Shown piece after piece: positions 22,743 to 24,000 of a stretch of DNA of 24,000 nt. Position 1 is the stretch's first letter. Every line of letters begins with the position of its first letter. The DNA lies in assembly GCF_030160835.1 (NCBI RefSeq), contig NZ_BSPC01000032.1:31015-55014 (forward strand). Direction: 5' to 3'. The position numbers were made by a program, and so were the translations under genes. Source of the DNA: Labrys miyagiensis (lineage in GTDB: Bacteria > Pseudomonadota > Alphaproteobacteria > Rhizobiales > Labraceae). A model generated the notes under the pieces. It had not been told where the DNA came from. It did not search any database and saw nothing but the letters and a program-made list of their open reading frames with translations.

Positions 22743-24000
22743 GACCGCCCGGCTTCCTCGCCATCGTCCTGGGATTGCTACTGTTCTGCAGCGTGGCCTG
22801 GCAGATCGTCGGCCTATGGAACCAGCCGGGCAACGTCTACCGGCCTTCGAGTGAAAGCCGTCCCCTGGTCCAGCGTGCCCCCGTAACCGCGAGTACTGCC
22901 CAGGCGGCGGAGATCCTCACGCCGAGGAGCGACAGCAACGGTCAGCCCCCGGCCGCCCCCGCCGCGCCGCCCGCACCAGCGCCGGCTGCACCAGCGCCGG
23001 CAACCCAGCCGGAGGCGGCGCCGGCGCCACAGGCAGCGGCACCGGCGGTCAAGCCCGCGGTCGACGAGACGGCGTTGCGCTATTTCGCGCGACAGGGCGA
23101 TACCAAGCGCCTGAACACCGAGATCGCGCGCCTGCGCTCGCTCTATCCGGACTGGGTGCCGCCCGACGATCCCCTGAAGGGGACGCCGGTCTCCGATCCG
23201 CAGCTCGACGCCCTCTGGCAGCTCTACACGCAGGGCCAACTCGCCGCGGCCCGCGCCGCCATTGCGGCACGCCAGGCCAAGGAGCCGGGCTGGGCACCGC
23301 CGAAGGACCTCCTCGACCGTCTTTCTGTCGCGGAGACACGCGAACGGCTGGTGAATGCCTCGAACCTCAAGCAACATATGACGGTGATCGAGCTGGCGAC
23401 GACGACACCGAGCCTGCTGACCTGCGGCGACGTCGACGTGCTCTGGCGCGTCGCCGAGGCCTTCGCGCAGACCGATCGCGCCATGCGGGCACAGGACGCC
23501 TATCGTTACATCCTCACCTCATGCACCGATCCGCGCGACCGGTTGTCAACCATGCAGAAGGCGACGGCCCTGCTGCCGCGCGAGGATCTCGAGCCGCTCT
23601 TCGCGCTCGGCCATACGGGTACCGACGGCGACGAGTTTCACTCGATCCGCGAAGGGCTGGCGCGCAACGCTATCGCGGCCGGGGCCGCCGACGCCAAGGC
23701 CAGCGCCGATCCGGCCGACCTGAAGCTTCTCCAGGATGTTGCCGGCGCCAGCAATTCCCCGGCCGATGCTCTACTGCTCGGCAGCTATTTCCGCCTGCAT
23801 GGCGATCCCGTCCAGGCCGAGCACTGGTATCGCCTGTCCTATGAGCACCAGAACGCCGCCCCGGCGGCCGAGGGTCTCGCCCTTGCCCTGATCAGCCTGA
23901 AGCGTGCGGCCGAGGCAGAGGCCATCCTCGCCCCCTGGCACGACACCAATGACGGAACCCGCAAGAGCTATATGGCGACGATCGCCAATCTCCTCGCCCA
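22739..24000 (+). CDS. BcsK-like / BcsC-N-terminal-like TPR-type cellulose operon protein. Partial, because the 3' end lies beyond the window.
   Basis: It is absent from the ORF track because there is no stop within the window. The GTG at 22739 overlaps the bcsZ TGA (GTGA). Translation gives VRPPGFLAIVLGLLLFCSVAWQIVGLW (a TM anchor), then a Pro/Ala-rich spacer (aa ~69-106), then helical repeat-like sequence (ALRYFARQGD..., AEHWYRLSYEH..., AEAEAIL). The frame is open for all 420 codons to the window end. The name is by synteny only. Confidence 0.6.
   Translation, partial: MRPPGFLAIVLGLLLFCSVAWQIVGLWNQPGNVYRPSSESRPLVQRAPVTASTAQAAEILTPRSDSNGQPPAAPAAPPAPAPAAPAPATQPEAAPAPQAAAPAVKPAVDETALRYFARQGDTKRLNTEIARLRSLYPDWVPPDDPLKGTPVSDPQLDALWQLYTQGQLAAARAAIAARQAKEPGWAPPKDLLDRLSVAETRERLVNASNLKQHMTVIELATTTPSLLTCGDVDVLWRVAEAFAQTDRAMRAQDAYRYILTSCTDPRDRLSTMQKATALLPREDLEPLFALGHTGTDGDEFHSIREGLARNAIAAGAADAKASADPADLKLLQDVAGASNSPADALLLGSYFRLHGDPVQAEHWYRLSYEHQNAAPAAEGLALALISLKRAAEAEAILAPWHDTNDGTRKSYMATIANLLA

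Overview
This is a high-GC chromosomal segment: 36 of 60 nt are G+C in a sample at 17041-17100, and most of the window looks similar or higher by eye. Gene content looks alphaproteobacterial (Hyphomicrobiales/Rhizobiales-like), which is an inference from content only.

Gene order, left to right:
- The 5' end of a HAL/PAL-family ammonia-lyase (-).
- gloB and a DUF3052-like gene (+).
- A complete kdp locus: a candidate KdpE operator, an extra 27-codon membrane-peptide ORF, then kdpF, kdpA, kdpB, kdpC, kdpD and kdpE.
- A divergent LysE/ArgO exporter and ArgP-type LysR regulator pair.
- A partly decayed sugar-utilisation patch: aldose 1-epimerase, a dehydrogenase-tail relic, a SAM methyltransferase and an aldo/keto reductase.
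- A 31% G+C island.
- A fully translationally coupled cellulose synthase operon, bcsN-bcsA-bcsB-bcsZ plus a BcsK-like TPR gene cut by the window end.

I found no rRNA, tRNA, CRISPR array, transposase, integrase or recognisable defence gene. I do not see a convincing new multi-gene system, because every large ORF belongs to a known family.

The features that ordinary annotation does not explain are:
1. A family of GC-rich nested palindromes fills almost every gene junction from kdpF to argP. It includes a 191-bp element with perfect 52-bp arms and an 88-bp element with perfect 32-bp arms whose outermost triplets are the stop codons of two convergent genes.
2. A second KdpF-like micro-ORF lies upstream of kdpF.
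3. An E. coli-like KdpE operator is preceded by a direct repeat with a 50-bp period.
4. An AT-rich island lies in front of the poorly understood bcsN gene.
5. Pro/Ala-rich spacers occur in three consecutive Bcs proteins.

Several ORF-track starts are upstream extensions in GC-rich sequence, and I have moved them to better-supported start codons.
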